From NCBI GenBank assembly GCA_025786725.1, contig JAHLTZ010000039.1, forward strand, positions 117,186 through 181,185: a DNA stretch of 64,000 bases, read 5' to 3'. A model generated the notes under the pieces. That model did not search any database and was not told the origin of the DNA. It worked only from the letters and a program-made list of their open reading frames with translations. Below, piece by piece: positions 12,698-26,290 of the stretch. The number at the start of each line of letters is the position of its first letter. The first letter of the stretch is position 1. A program made the translations under genes and the position numbers. This stretch comes from Syncephalis fuscata S228. Taxonomy: Eukaryota > Fungi > Zoopagomycota.

Positions 12698-15337
12698 CTA
12701 ATATAAATAAAAATCATCGCGTTGTACTAATTTCAATATTTATTTTAATATATGAATATTGAATGACACAAATTATTACAAAATGTTGCCTGTAATTATT
12801 CCATTAGCATATGTATCAAATTATTTTAATAAACACCTACATTTTTTGGAAACCTTGACTGGACGTTGGTCGCTACTTATACTTGTTGAACGCGCCCGTT
12901 TAATACCATGTTGATTTGTAGGAACAGCAGCGTGTTTTTGAACTACATCTTCCGCGTTTGATGCAGTTGAATTTTTGTATACTTCCTCTTCAGCATTGTT
13001 AGTTATTATCTCTTCTTCCTTCTCGGTTGGTTCTTTTTCTTCTATTACTACTTCTTGTTGGTCAGCCTCTGCTTCTACTACTACTATTTCTTCTTCTTCT
13101 AATGTCGCTTGAATCAACTCTGAATCGCTGGGGTTTTCTGGTGATTCCGTAAGCCATTCGCTTTCCAAAGCTTGTTTTGCCGTTAAACGCAATGTGCGGT
13201 CAACAGCCAAAAGACCGCAGATTAGATTGCGTGCTACAGAAAAATCAAAATTGGTTTTGTATTTAGTATTATCTTGTAAAATACTTACCTTTTTCTGATA
13301 CTCCATCCCAGCTATCACCAAAATTCAGTGGACTGCTTAGTATATCGATGATATAATCTTCAGTTGTACTACTACCATCAGCTTTGTATGGAAGTTTGTC
13401 TTGATTAAAATAATAAATTAACAAAGCTGCTAAATTTACAAATACTTACTTGAAAGCATATAATACAATGTGACACCAAGGCTCCATAGGTCCGCTTCTT
13501 TTTTATATCCTTTTTCAAGAAATTGTGGTCCATACAATATATCCTTAAAGCTGGAATTGTTTTGCACTACATTTTTAATTATTTCTCCTCTAAAATTGGA
13601 GCGAAGAATTACATCTGGTGCCATATAGCCATTGCTGCCACGTATATTATCAAACACAGGCTTTTTTGAGTTGAGTTTACGGGCTGTACCAAAATCCGTA
13701 ATTATAATGGACGGATATTTGACATGCTTTCTGAGTAGAATATTTGCCGGCTAATGTGTGGTTAGAATTGAAATAATGAATGTAAACATTCATTTAGTTA
13801 ATTACCTTAATATCTAAATAATAGTAATAGCAGTTTTGTTAGCTATATAAATAATTTTAATTTTAACTTACCAAGATGAACAATATCTTTTGCATGAAGA
13901 TGCTAATTTAAAGTTAGTAACATTATTAAATAAAATTATTGCTTACCTTAACTCCTTCTAACAATTGTTTGAATATGTGTTTGGCCTCCTGCTCAGCTAG
14001 CCGGCCATGGCATTTTCTTCTTCAAGTTCATTCACACTGTCATCCTCTGTCGCTCCCTTAATCTTCTTTTTGTCACATATTTTGACAGCAATGGGCGTCT
14101 TGTTGTCGCGTGTTTCACCATAAAACACGTCGCCGTATGTGCCACTACATTCAGGTTAAAGATAATACAGTTTGAATGATATACACACTTACTGTCCAAG
14201 TAGCTGGCTTGTCACAGCATATTTATTGTTAATGGCCTATAATTGTGTTGGTTGTTATAAAGTATCATATTTAGATATTGCCAACTTACCAGGCCAAAAT
14301 CGAGACTTGGATCGCCAATTCTCAGTTCCAGCTTTTCAAATTTATATACAATATAAAATACTAAAACAACTGATTAGCAGTGATTTTTATAAATTAATAG
14401 AGCTTACCATTGTGGTTATAAAGCTGAATAAAGCTATTGTTATTTAACACACATGTGGCTTCGGATTCGATTTTGGCGCCGTTAACTAAACATTTTATCA
14501 GTGCTGTGTAATGGCTAATAATAATTGTTATTTACCCATTATTTCTCCGTTCATCAAACTCTAATTACATATTTAATACTACTATTGATTGTTATAGCAG
14601 TTACTTACTTTAAATGTTATCTCATTATTTTCCTAAACAGTAATTGCAGTTATTATTGCTATTCTAATAAAATGCTATATATTACTTACCATAAATATGG
14701 AGAAATAATTAGCTTGCTTATTATTTTGAATTTCACTTGTGCTAAATCAAATAAATCATTGTATTAATAAATGTTGTGTGGTATGGCTCATTAGCATTAT
14801 GTTTAATTAAATCAGCTATTGTTGGTTTGTATATATTTGTTATGTAATACAAATCATGATATAGTACTATATAGTAAAGTACTAGTTTTATACGCTGTAT
14901 AACTTACCTGGAAATAACTTGGCCAGCATTGAATATTTCTCCATGTTTCAGGAGATGTTCTTTAAATAGATGGTTATGTCAATTGCTTATTAATGATATA
15001 TTTACTTACCTGTATTTTTGTCATCAACAACTTCAATCCATCCCGCTACCTCTGCCCGCTCTGCCTCACTCAATGTTGCCCATGCTGTAGGAAGCTTTTC
15101 ATATATGCTTCCTACAGAGTTATTAGGTGTAACGAATGGCGAGGCAAGAGCGGGCACATAGGCTGTGTTTGTTACTTGGACCGCTGAAGATAATTCATAA
15201 GAAATATCTTCAGTAGCAGAGTATGTAACAGGTTCAGCTACAAATGGCGAAGCGGGAGGAGGCAATGAGATACGATGAGGATTATTTATAGACGAAGCAG
15301 CATTGATACAGCTAAATGGATTGTTTAGGCTGTCCAT
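12698..15337 (-). pseudogene. FHA-like + Ser/Thr kinase (Mek1/Chk2-like), copy 1, with internal deletion
   Basis: Same exon layout as 43403-46155; motifs GTYGDV, IAVK, HLDIKPAN, DFG, GSNGYMAPD, DLWSLG and an acidic tail. About 45-50 codons (alphaC to hinge) are missing at ~14005-14012, causing a frameshift and stop. Confidence 0.85.
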
Positions 15338-18093
15338 GGTGTATATAAACTTAGATATTTAAGAGATGTTATAATACTGCAAGATAAAATCAAAACACAC
15401 GTATCAAATAATGATATAAAGCTTTTAGAAAAGGTTCATTACGCGAATACTATATTGAACAACTCATATATTTATTTAATAAATAGGCTAACAAGCATGG
15501 GCGATGTGTCATAGTACATTTGAAACAGCACCATTACGACATGACTAGTTGCGCTATGAATGTGTTTCTAAACATTTGGTTTTTTATTAATCATATGTCA
15601 GTATATGACCAATTGGCTAGCAATTGTACAACAAATCAATGAGTGCAACTGATTGTCAAGCTTGAAAGATGTGTTGCTGAAACCACCGTTTACCGATTGG
15701 GAAACGCACCGTGCACACACGTAGTAGCACAGAGTAAGCATTTTGAGAGTTAGTTTGGCCGACATTCATACGCAAACAGTGGGCATATTTTAATAAAGTT
15801 TATGCAAAAATATCTGGCAATATGGATGCTACTGAAATAAATAAATTATAACTACGTATTTGAATAGCACATACTATTTGTTAGCTGTATGTCGTTACTA
15901 TAATATAGCAAGTTGTTTAGGAAAGTAGCCAAGTGCTAATGATTGATGCTAATGACACCGTGTAACATGCATGAGAATACCAAATAAATTGGCTTTACAA
16001 AAACGTTTGTTTCATAGCTAAGGCTTGAATGTATAGCTTACTGTACACACTTGTAGATCATCTTCAGCAAAATATTTAAGAATTCAGTGTAAAGCCTTTT
16101 ATTTCAACTGGATGTTATTTCAACATCGATTAATAGCATACATATCTTATTTAATTGGTAAATTGCTTAGACATATTCCATCAACTGATGATGATTTAAA
16201 CAAGACAGCAATCTTGAAATGGTAATACGCCTATTTTTATATTGCACCTTTTTTCACTAGCTTGCATTTTTGCTAGCACTGACGTGCATATCCATCAAAG
16301 AAAGCAATGAAACAAGTTCAGACTATTTCGTAATTGTATTACCGCGATAGATAAGTAAATCACCATTATTTGTTTATCTACATTAGATTGGTATATTGGT
16401 AACGCAATAATCCGTATTCAACCATTTTATTTTTACTGAATCATCGCACTGTTCAATTGAACAAATAGTTCTTTGCCTTGCAATGATATTCGCCCTTACT
16501 GAATATGCATTTATGTTACACGCCATTGCATAACACGCCTTTCTTTAAGCTGGCCTATTCTGTTTCTTTTTTTCACTCTGCTTAATGGATTCAATCCATT
16601 GGATAATGCTGAGTGCTCGCTTCTGCGCTAAACGTACACACATCTGCCTACATAACACATTCCCCATTAAAACACGTAATCTTAATTACGCCTTTTGATT
16701 TTACATTTGTTCTTTAACTAATTGGCAGGTGCATTCTACTATTTCATATGTTTGTAAATTACAATGTTTAGTGGAATTCACAGCTTTATATGGCGCACTG
16801 TAACCGCTTGCTTGTGAAGCCATACAATATACAACTGCTCGGCATACTTTAAGCTGTATAGATGGCTCTAATTAGTTGGTATAATCGCTTGAGATGATCA
16901 ATCGCACACTGTCAAAGCACTTTAATTTATGCTGTAGTCCACTATGTGTATTGTATGGTGGTGCTTGTATGTACACTCAGGTGTGTGTATATACATATCA
17001 CTATTTCTTGCTTGTAGGTGATGTTAAGCAGTTGTCATAATGGCATTGTTGTTTTGGCAGTTAAAGCGCCTTAATTGGCACAACTTTGGTTTAAGGTGCT
17101 ATACTGTTTGTGCCATCTAAGTTGTTATCTTCAACTGCGTAAAAATGGCGATGTAGTTGTGTTGGCTGTATAATATCGCAACAGTGTGCTATTGCACTGC
17201 TGTTATTGCATTTTAGATTTCTTGTTTGTGTGTAGATGGCCTAGACGTGGGTATGGGCTCAGCGTTATTGGTTGTTCGTTTCTGTTTATCTAGTCATGTA
17301 TGTCGCCTGACTGAGTAGTTTCTGATATTGTTTGTGTTATAAGCAATGGTAAAACAGCAGCCACGGCACATCGTGATTATGATAGCTGAAGACCGTATAG
17401 ACCGACGCTGATGGGTGGGAGTTTAGGCCATCAACATATCAAATAAACACTGTTTAGCATTGCATTCTATTATGATTGCGTTTAAGCTATGTTGAATTTT
17501 GCTAGATGTTTATTTAGATTTATCAACAAGCTAATATGATGAGCATTACAAAGTTAAATAATACTAAACTTTGTTAATTAGCTGCCAATACTAAATAACA
17601 TACATTGACAAATGTTTACTATGTTTGTAATTATAGATACGATATTGGTGTGCATAAACTATACTAACTAGCAAACCATTGACTATTTCACAATCTGATA
17701 TAGCCGTTGTTGTAGACTCGCTGCTTTTTGTCTTTATTTTCTATTTATATCGTATACTTGGCTGTAAGCTAATAAAATGAGGTAAACTCAGTTGAATAGT
17801 CAAAGAAAGTGCATGGATATTGATGATGAAGTATAATGTATGTATATATGTATATGACAAAGTGAATCAATTTGAAATTTACGAATAATATAATTAATTA
17901 TAAAAAGCAATTTTATAGTAAAACGTGAAATGTCATGAATGAATGAGCAAAAGGACAATGCATGAATAATGCTAGTAAAATTATAGTTTGCGTGGCTAAG
18001 TGAGCACAATAAATTGCAATTTATAACAGATACAGCTGGCAATAAATAAATGATATTTATTAATCTTATGTAATCAGTAAACGATAGAATGAT

Positions 18094-18549
18094 CTACAGT
18101 AGAATGAATATACAATAAACTACGTCAATACTAAACCACCATAGCCATCCTTGGGCTTGACAGCTGCCATCGCGATGATCCACTCGAGGCGATGCCCAGC
18201 GATATAAAAAGCTTGGTAGCTTAGTAGTTTCCCATTGAATACGACACCAATCGACAAATAGCGTGGTAGTATTTTTTTGAGTTAGTGTATAGGTACTATG
18301 TGACTCTTCTTCATCCGCTAATAGTAATTCAATAGCCTGGTTATCTGTATTCAAACGCATATCTTCATCTTCACTGGTCTATATTATTCATTAGTGTAGT
18401 CTATGTCATTCAATTAACAAATAGCTTACATTCCTAGACCACCAACGGCGTTCGCCTGTCCATCGCGGCATCCATAGAATACGCACCATACTATGAATTA
18501 CCAACCATAATAGCGTATAGCCACCTAACCAAACTGTCCATGTACTCAT
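18094..18549 (-). pseudogene. Truncated duplicate of the site-2 protease 5' end (direct repeat copy 2, 18117-18553)
   Basis: Encodes the same N-terminal peptide to GWLWWF, then reads into unrelated sequence and stops at 18094. Confidence 0.9.
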
Positions 18550-18957
18550 GTTGCGTCACAATACATTTGGTTACATCAAGAATCAAGGAATATCACTATA
18601 ATTGTTATTGTAGTTTTACGTAAAAACTGCTAAATAAATACTTGGTAGGTTTGTTTACACTTTCCATTTACTCTCTCTCTCTTCTCCTTTCTACTTGTCA
18701 TACAACGACAGCAACGACAACAACAACCATAACTGTATTTGTTTGTTTTCATCGCGTTTTTCTAAAGCTATACTATTGGATCTTTGGATCGCGTAGTTAA
18801 AAAGATTTAAATACGTAACGCTTTCTCCTATCTACGCGTGAACAACAAGAACAGCACACTTTAAAAACTGAGTTTATTATAACACTGTTTGTTTATTGTT
18901 CTTTGTCAACTATCTATCTATCTATACTTGATTAGAGTATAATAGCACAATATCTAT

Positions 18958-21900
18958 ATGTTTGGCGGCACATTCGGTAGTGGCGCTGGTGGTGGCGCTG
19001 GTGGCTTTGGCCAACAAAATCGACCACAAGGTAGTAATGTATTCGGTGGTGCTGGTGCTCAACCCAATGGATTTGGCCAAGCCAATACTGGTGGTGGCTT
19101 TGGTACAGGCACCGGCGGTGGATTCGGTACAGGCACTGGTGGTGGCTTTGGTCAAACAGCTACAGGTGGTGGCTTTGGACAAACAAGCAATACAGGTAAA
19201 TCTCTTTGTAGATCGTAAGTCAGAGTGAGTAACTAACTAACTGTGTCAATTAGGATCGACCGGATTCGGATCAAGTAGCACATTTGGGCAGTCAAGTGGA
19301 TTTGGCACCACACAAAATACGGGTACGAGCAATCTATTTGGTAAGTGTAATTAATCATATGTTATTGTTTGAATATTGATTTGTAATTCTATAGGTGGTG
19401 GTGGTAGTGGTGCTACTGGTACAACTGGTGGTGGCTTTGGATTTGGTGGTACTACTGGTACTACTAGCTTTGGTGCAAACACAGCTACCGGCCAGACTGG
19501 CGCTACAGGCGGTATTTTTGGTCAAAGGCCAACGGGTGGTGCATTTGGTGCTACTACTTCACAGCCAGCTGCAACAGGTGGTGGCATGTTTGGCTCAGCT
19601 AATACAGGTGGTGGATTTGGTGGTAAGTAATTGATAAATAAGATAGTTTATATTATTAGTCATTATTAATCACACTCATGTAGGTAATACTGGTTTTTCT
19701 GGCGATAGCAATGCCAATGCGCCAGTCAACGGCACTGCACAAACACCATTTGTTGTATATCAAGAAAAAGATAATCAAAGTAATCTACAGCTATTCCAGT
19801 CAATTACTGCAATGCCTGCTTATCGTAACTGGTCATTTGAGGTAAGTTATTTGTTATATGTGCTTAACTAAACTAATTACTTATTCATTTAAATAGGAGT
19901 TGCGTATGCAAGATTATCAACAAGGACGTAAAACTAGCAGTGGAGGCATGTTTGGCCAATCTACTGGCTTTGGTCAAACGACTGGAGCTGCTACTGGCGG
20001 CTTTAGTCAATCTGGATTTGGCCAGGCAACTACAGGCGCGACAAGTGGCGGTATTTTCGGCAGTACAACCGGCCAATCTACTGGATTTGGCCAGACTGGA
20101 CTAAATGCTAGTGGTGGCTTTGGAGCAACTGGTGGAGCAAGCGGCTTTGGTGGTAAGTAGTTAGACACCATAGTATGAGTATAGTGTATTTATAATTGTA
20201 TAATAGGCAGTGGATTTGGCACTACTGGGCCTACTGGATTTGGCGCAACTTCAGCTGCAGGCGGTGCTACTGGCGGCTTTGGTGCCACCGGCACTACTGG
20301 AACTGCTGGTGGATTTGGTAACACTGCTGGTGGCTTTGGAAGCGCAGGTGGTGGATTTGGACAACAACAAAAGCCAGGCGGTCTAGGCTTTGGTAAGTAG
20401 TCGATAAATACCGCATACTGAACTAGTTACTAATGACAATATTATTAATTAATAGGTAATACAGGATTTGGTGCTACAGCTACTAGTACACCAGCCACTG
20501 GTTTTGGCGCAGCTACTCAGCCAACCACTGGCTTTGGTGGATTCGGTGCCACAGCTACATCACAGCCAGCTACTGGTTTTGGTGCTACTGCTACTGCTAC
20601 TCCAGCATTTGGTGGTAAGTAACCATATAGTATTTATAATAAATACATTACTAACGAATAATGATACAGCGGCTACACAGCCAGCTGCTGGTGGATTTGG
20701 CTTTGGTGCACAGGCTAAACCAGCTACAGGCGGCTTTGGCTTTGGTGCAGCCACTACACAAGCAGGTACAGGCTTTGGTGCAGCAGCTACCCCAGCTAAA
20801 CCGTTAGGATTTGGCGCTACATCTACAGCTACTACAGGTGGATTGTTTGGTAAGTTTTAATAACAATTATTATTATTATTATTATTATGTTCTAATGCAT
20901 TTATTTATATGAAGGCAATACTGGTGCTGCTCCAGCCGCTGGTGGCGGTTTATTCGGCGCTACAGCTACTTCTCACCAGCTACTGGTTTTGGTGGCGGTT
21001 TATTTGGTGCTAATCCAGCAGCTCCTGCAACATCAATCGCCGCTCCTGCTTTAGGCGGTGGTCTATTCGGTGCCAATCCAGCTATTTCTCAACCAGCAGC
21101 TGGTATTAGTGGCGGTCTATTCGGTGCAAATAAAACAGGCGGCACATTAGGCGGTGGTCTATTTGGTGCTAATACAGCCACTTCTCAACCGGCCACTGGT
21201 TTTGGTAATACACTTGGTGGTGGTCTATTTGGTGGTACTTCAGCATTAACTTCACAACCAACATTAGGCTTTGGAGGCGTTGGCACGCAGGCTTTGGTGC
21301 AGCCAATCTGGCCGGTGCGGCAGCTAATGCAGCGCCAGTACTATCGGCCAGTATTGATAAAGCACCTTATGGCAATAATCCACTATTTGCATCAGCTATG
21401 GCAGCACCTGGACCTATTAATACTGAAAAGGCCACTACGTTAACTACTGCCACAACGTCAACATTAACAACACCAGCAACCGCTAAACCAATCGAGTCAT
21501 CCAGCATATCCGACTACTTGGCCAAACCACCTGTGCAGAAACGTGCGGATGTGCCATTGTATTTAACAACACCTCGTGCATCTGCTAAACTAAAGTTACG
21601 CGGATTTGCCGGCACCAATTCAGTAGCATCCAATTATTTCCCTGCTTCACGCCGTCTTCATCTGGATTACAATGGACCCAGTAATTTGAGTGCAGTCAAT
21701 TAAGAACATCACTGGCCTCTTCACCAAACAAATCAATGACTTCATTTGCGCCACGTACTAGCGTAAAACAATTGATTATTGATCCAAATGATTTCCTAGC
21801 GTCACCCACTCCAGCACTTAATACATCAACTGGTCCATCAACTGCTACTGCTACGGCCACTAATCTGTTTGGTAACAGTGTACTTACTGAAAGTACATTG

Positions 21901-24900
21901 GGTGCACCATCATCATCTGCACTGCCAACAGACACTGCTACTAGTCAACCAACCACCACATCAGCTACATCAGCTGCTGCTGATAAGTCAGTCGATAGTG
22001 AAGGTGGCTACTGGATGTATCCATCCTATGACGTACTACGTACCTGGACTCAGGCTCAACTAAAGGCTGTTGAAGACTTTGAAGTCGGTCCGCAATGGAT
22101 ACGGCAAGGTACGATTCCGTCGACCTGTCGATCTTACAGCCTTTGGATCGCTAAGCGCCATTGCCGGCCATGTTGTAGTATTCGATCGTCGTATGTGTAC
22201 AGTCTATCCAGATGAAGCAACCAAACATGATGTTGGTAAAGGACTTAATGTACCGGCCCAAGTTACCCTTGAACGATGCTGGGTATTTGACCGGGCCACT
22301 CGCCGTCCTATTATTGATCCATCCAATCCACGCTATCAGCAACATTTGAAGCGATTAAAGCAGGCCACTGACACTGAATTTATTGAATTTGATGCTGAAA
22401 CTGGCGTTTGGGTGTTCCGCGTTGAACATTTCAGTCGATACGGTCTAGAAGATGGCGATGATGACGAAGATATGGATATGGAAATGCGATCGATTGCAGC
22501 CCAGAAAGCCGCTGTCGATATTACTGAGCGTAAACAAGAGGCATATACACCAGCCAAGAAGGCTATTAGTAACCGAGTAATGGATGGAGTAACACCACAA
22601 CGACGTGTTACCTTTTCACATCCATTGACCAAAGAGAAAAGTATTTCATTTGAACTATCAGATGACTCAATGAGTAACCATAGCGATAATGAACATGAAA
22701 TCGATTTACCGCCCACTCAGTCGTTATTTCTAACATCAGCAGAGGCGGTGGCGCATCTAAACAAGCCAAATCACCATTTGATCTATCAGCCAGTCAAAGT
22801 AGCTTTATTGATATGTCATTGGATGCACATCGACTCAAATCAATTAAAGTGCCGTTAACTATTTCATCTGATGAAGAAGAGGAAATTGAAGAAGATGAAG
22901 CTGATGAAGATGATGCTACTGGAGATGATGAAGTAGAATCGATGCAAGGCACAGAAGAGAGTGGTCCACACGCAGTATCCAGTCCTTCTTCTACTTCATC
23001 CACCACTACAGTAGTACATTTAAACACTCGCCCAACTTGTCACCTATTCATGGTGCAGATAATAAGCCATCTAGTAGTAGCTACGCCACAACAAAGTCTA
23101 TTAATGACCAACAGCGCCGTCTACAAACGATGCGTACTTCGCTATTTGCCTCAACACCATCTCGACCTGATGATATGGCTACACTTGATTTTACACAAAA
23201 GTCTTTGTTTAAACGGCCATCTTCTGGTACACAACTGTCGATGGCCACTATTGTACCACATCCACAGCATGGCATTGCCTCGTCTAATAATAATGTCAAG
23301 CTAGCCAGTAGTACATTGTTGAAACGATCAGCCATGACAGGCAGCACATTGGATCAAAAGCATACTAGCCATACCTGGGAACGACAGGTGAGAAGGGGTG
23401 TTTAAACAGGATAGATGACATCATATCCATCTATTATAAGTTGATAATATTGATTCAAATAAATAACCTTTATTCTTTTACTTAGAGTCGTGCTAGTTTC
23501 CAACACCAGTCTACATGTACATCCGGTTCAGTAACTCGTAAATATATGCGTATTAAATATGAAAAGTCGATGATATTTGCCCGTACCAATTGTCTTGTTG
23601 ATGCGGGCCTTACTATGGGTCGATCATTTCGTGTAGGATGGGGGCCAGGTGGTCTACTTGTTCATAGTGGACGACTTGTTCAAACAGCAAAGTAAGTATT
23701 TGATAGTATAATAGATTTATAATAGATTTATAATAGATTTATAATGCTATGTAGTTTAATGGCACAAGAAAAGGAAAAGACAAAGAATGATAAAGATAAT
23801 ACTGTAGATGGCCCTGGTATAGTTCGATTACAATATATACCATTATTAAAAGATGATAAGGTAAATACATTTATACTATATATATATATAACTGTTTATT
23901 AATATTTTATATTTTATTAATAGATACTTGAACAAAAACGTCATCGACTCACTCTTGAAATCCAACGACGTTATACACGTATCGATCTTGATGAGCATGG
24001 ATGTCCAACTGCCTGTATAGAAAAGGATATGTTATTTGAAGTATTTACTAAACAAATTCGATATGCGGCTACTGGACTTGATACATCTATTATTACACGA
24101 CAAGAACTACTTATCTGGATGCTTGGCCAAGTATTGTTTGATCCAATTGAATCAACAGACGAAATGTCCGATACCGGAACAATGCCAGCCACCTATCAAG
24201 CACGAATTTATAAATTCAAACGCAAACGTGCTTTAATCCAATGGCTGGAAACAGCCGTTGAATCAACAACACTGGCTCATGTCCAACGCCATCTTGTTGA
24301 AGGCAATGACACAGGTGCTATATTTGCCTTTCTAACTGGACTACAAGTTGAGAAGGCCTGTGAATTGGCTATGCAACAGCGAGACTACCGACTGGCCACG
24401 CTATTGCCACAACTTGGGGGTGATGCCGATTTCCGTGCAGATATGGACGAACAACTAACTCGCTGGCGTGATTATGACTTTGAAATCAAGTTGTCGACAG
24501 AACATCGACGTATCTACGAGCTACTACGCGGCAATGTAGGCATTTCAGCGGTATCTGAAGAGGAATCAAATGCGTTAACCAAGACTGCCACGCCATCTAC
24601 ACGTCAAGCACCACCACTCAACATTGTAGAAGGTCTTGATTGGCGCCGTGTCTTTGGTATGCATCTCCTGTATGACATCTACGACGATATGTCTATTGCC
24701 GATGCAGTGAGTCGCTACGATGCAGCCTGTGCCGGTAAATATGGCGATGATACAATGTCTATCATAACCGATAGAACAAGTGTATTCTACGTGGCTGAAC
24801 CATTGCCGTGGTATAGACCGGTAGAGACGGCTGCCTCTATTACCGGTACACTGTCATCGGCTCAAAAGGATATCATTACCATTTACTGAAGATCTATGTG

Positions 24901-26163
24901 GATCCAGCCTATGCACTTGAAGATGCTCTACTACCCACCAGCTATTCACCGGCCATGGCTGATTACCGTATATCATGGCAACTACACTGTATACTTACGC
25001 ATGTACATGAATACGCGATTTTGTTGATCGTCATGATAATGGCGCTAGTATGACAGCAATCGATTATGTCAAAGTTGGCCTTGCAACTAGAACAAATTAA
25101 TCTATGGGAATGGGCCATATTTGTTCTACTATTCATTACAGATGATCATTGGTAAGTTGCAATATAATATACTATATACTATATAATATATATATATATA
25201 ATATATATTTATTAATAATGATTAATTATGTAATAGTCGTGCTAAAGCACTTTATGATGTACTGGCCCGACATGTGACACTAGCTGCTGGCTACACTACT
25301 GCTGCACCTCCTCTTTCACTACAAGAACAATTTGTAGTTGACCAGCTACAGGTACCACGAACATGGATCTACAGAGCAAAGGTACGTTACTAAAATGAAT
25401 AGTGTAATAACTGCTAATATATATATATATATGATATAAAGGCTTTATTGGCTAAACGGCAACATGATCACTTAGCCGAGGTCAATTGCTGGATTGAGGC
25501 AGATGAACACCGACTAGCCCATCAATTAACAATGCAGCACTTGGCACCTGAATATATTATACAAGGCAAGTAGATGATGTATACAAATATAGAATGGTGT
25601 TAAATAATATATGTATATATATAGGTGACCATACTTTATTACAGCAATTACTATCGCGTATGAATCCACAGCAAATTGAGAACTGGGCCCAAGGTGGCGG
25701 TGTAAGTAGTGAACGCTATAACACTAAAGTATTTACTAATCTACTTGTTAGATCTACATGGCTTATATTGATGAAATCTATGAGATACCCAAAATACTTG
25801 TATCAATACACGAACACACCACTGAATCATCGGTGGAAGAGACGGTTGAAAAGACACGCCACCGACTTACACGATTATTACAAGAATTGTCACGACTGCC
25901 CAAGACATCGCGTGAATTAAAGGTGGCCATTACTGAAATGATATCACGTATATCAGGATTTATCCAACGTTTACCGGTAAGTGTATAATTTTAGTAAGAA
26001 CAACAGTTTATTAAATATATATATAATATTATAGATGGATAGCACAAGTCTATTAGAGGCCCATTTATTGCCAGAAGATCAGCGATTACTACAACTGCAA
26101 TTATTAAGCAATGACTATTTCTCAGACTTGACCGATCAAACAGATCAGCGTATGATGGTTTAA
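18958..26163 (+). CDS. NUP98: Nup98-Nup96 nucleoporin precursor (Nup145/Nup189 orthologue)
   Basis: FG/GLFG repeats, GLEBS motif (QSITAMPAYRNWSFEELRMQDY), autoprotease domain ending VEHFSRYG (HFS at 22427-22435), GRSFRVGWGP and Nup96 body. Several 1-nt frameshifts are probably consensus errors. Confidence 0.95.
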
Positions 26164-26290
26164 TCGTTATAAATAAAATGATTTTAATAAACAAACAATG
26201 ATAATAACAATAGTTATGGATGTTGTTGTTGTTGTTGTTGTTGTCAATATCTATTAACTAGATTTGACAACTATCAAATAGATTAATATA

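Noticed and set aside
23705-23745. Short tandem TATAATAGATT repeats and (AT)n, (CA)n, (GT)n, (GTT)n tracts
   Set aside because: Ordinary intronic or UTR microsatellites; no spacer structure, so not CRISPR-like.
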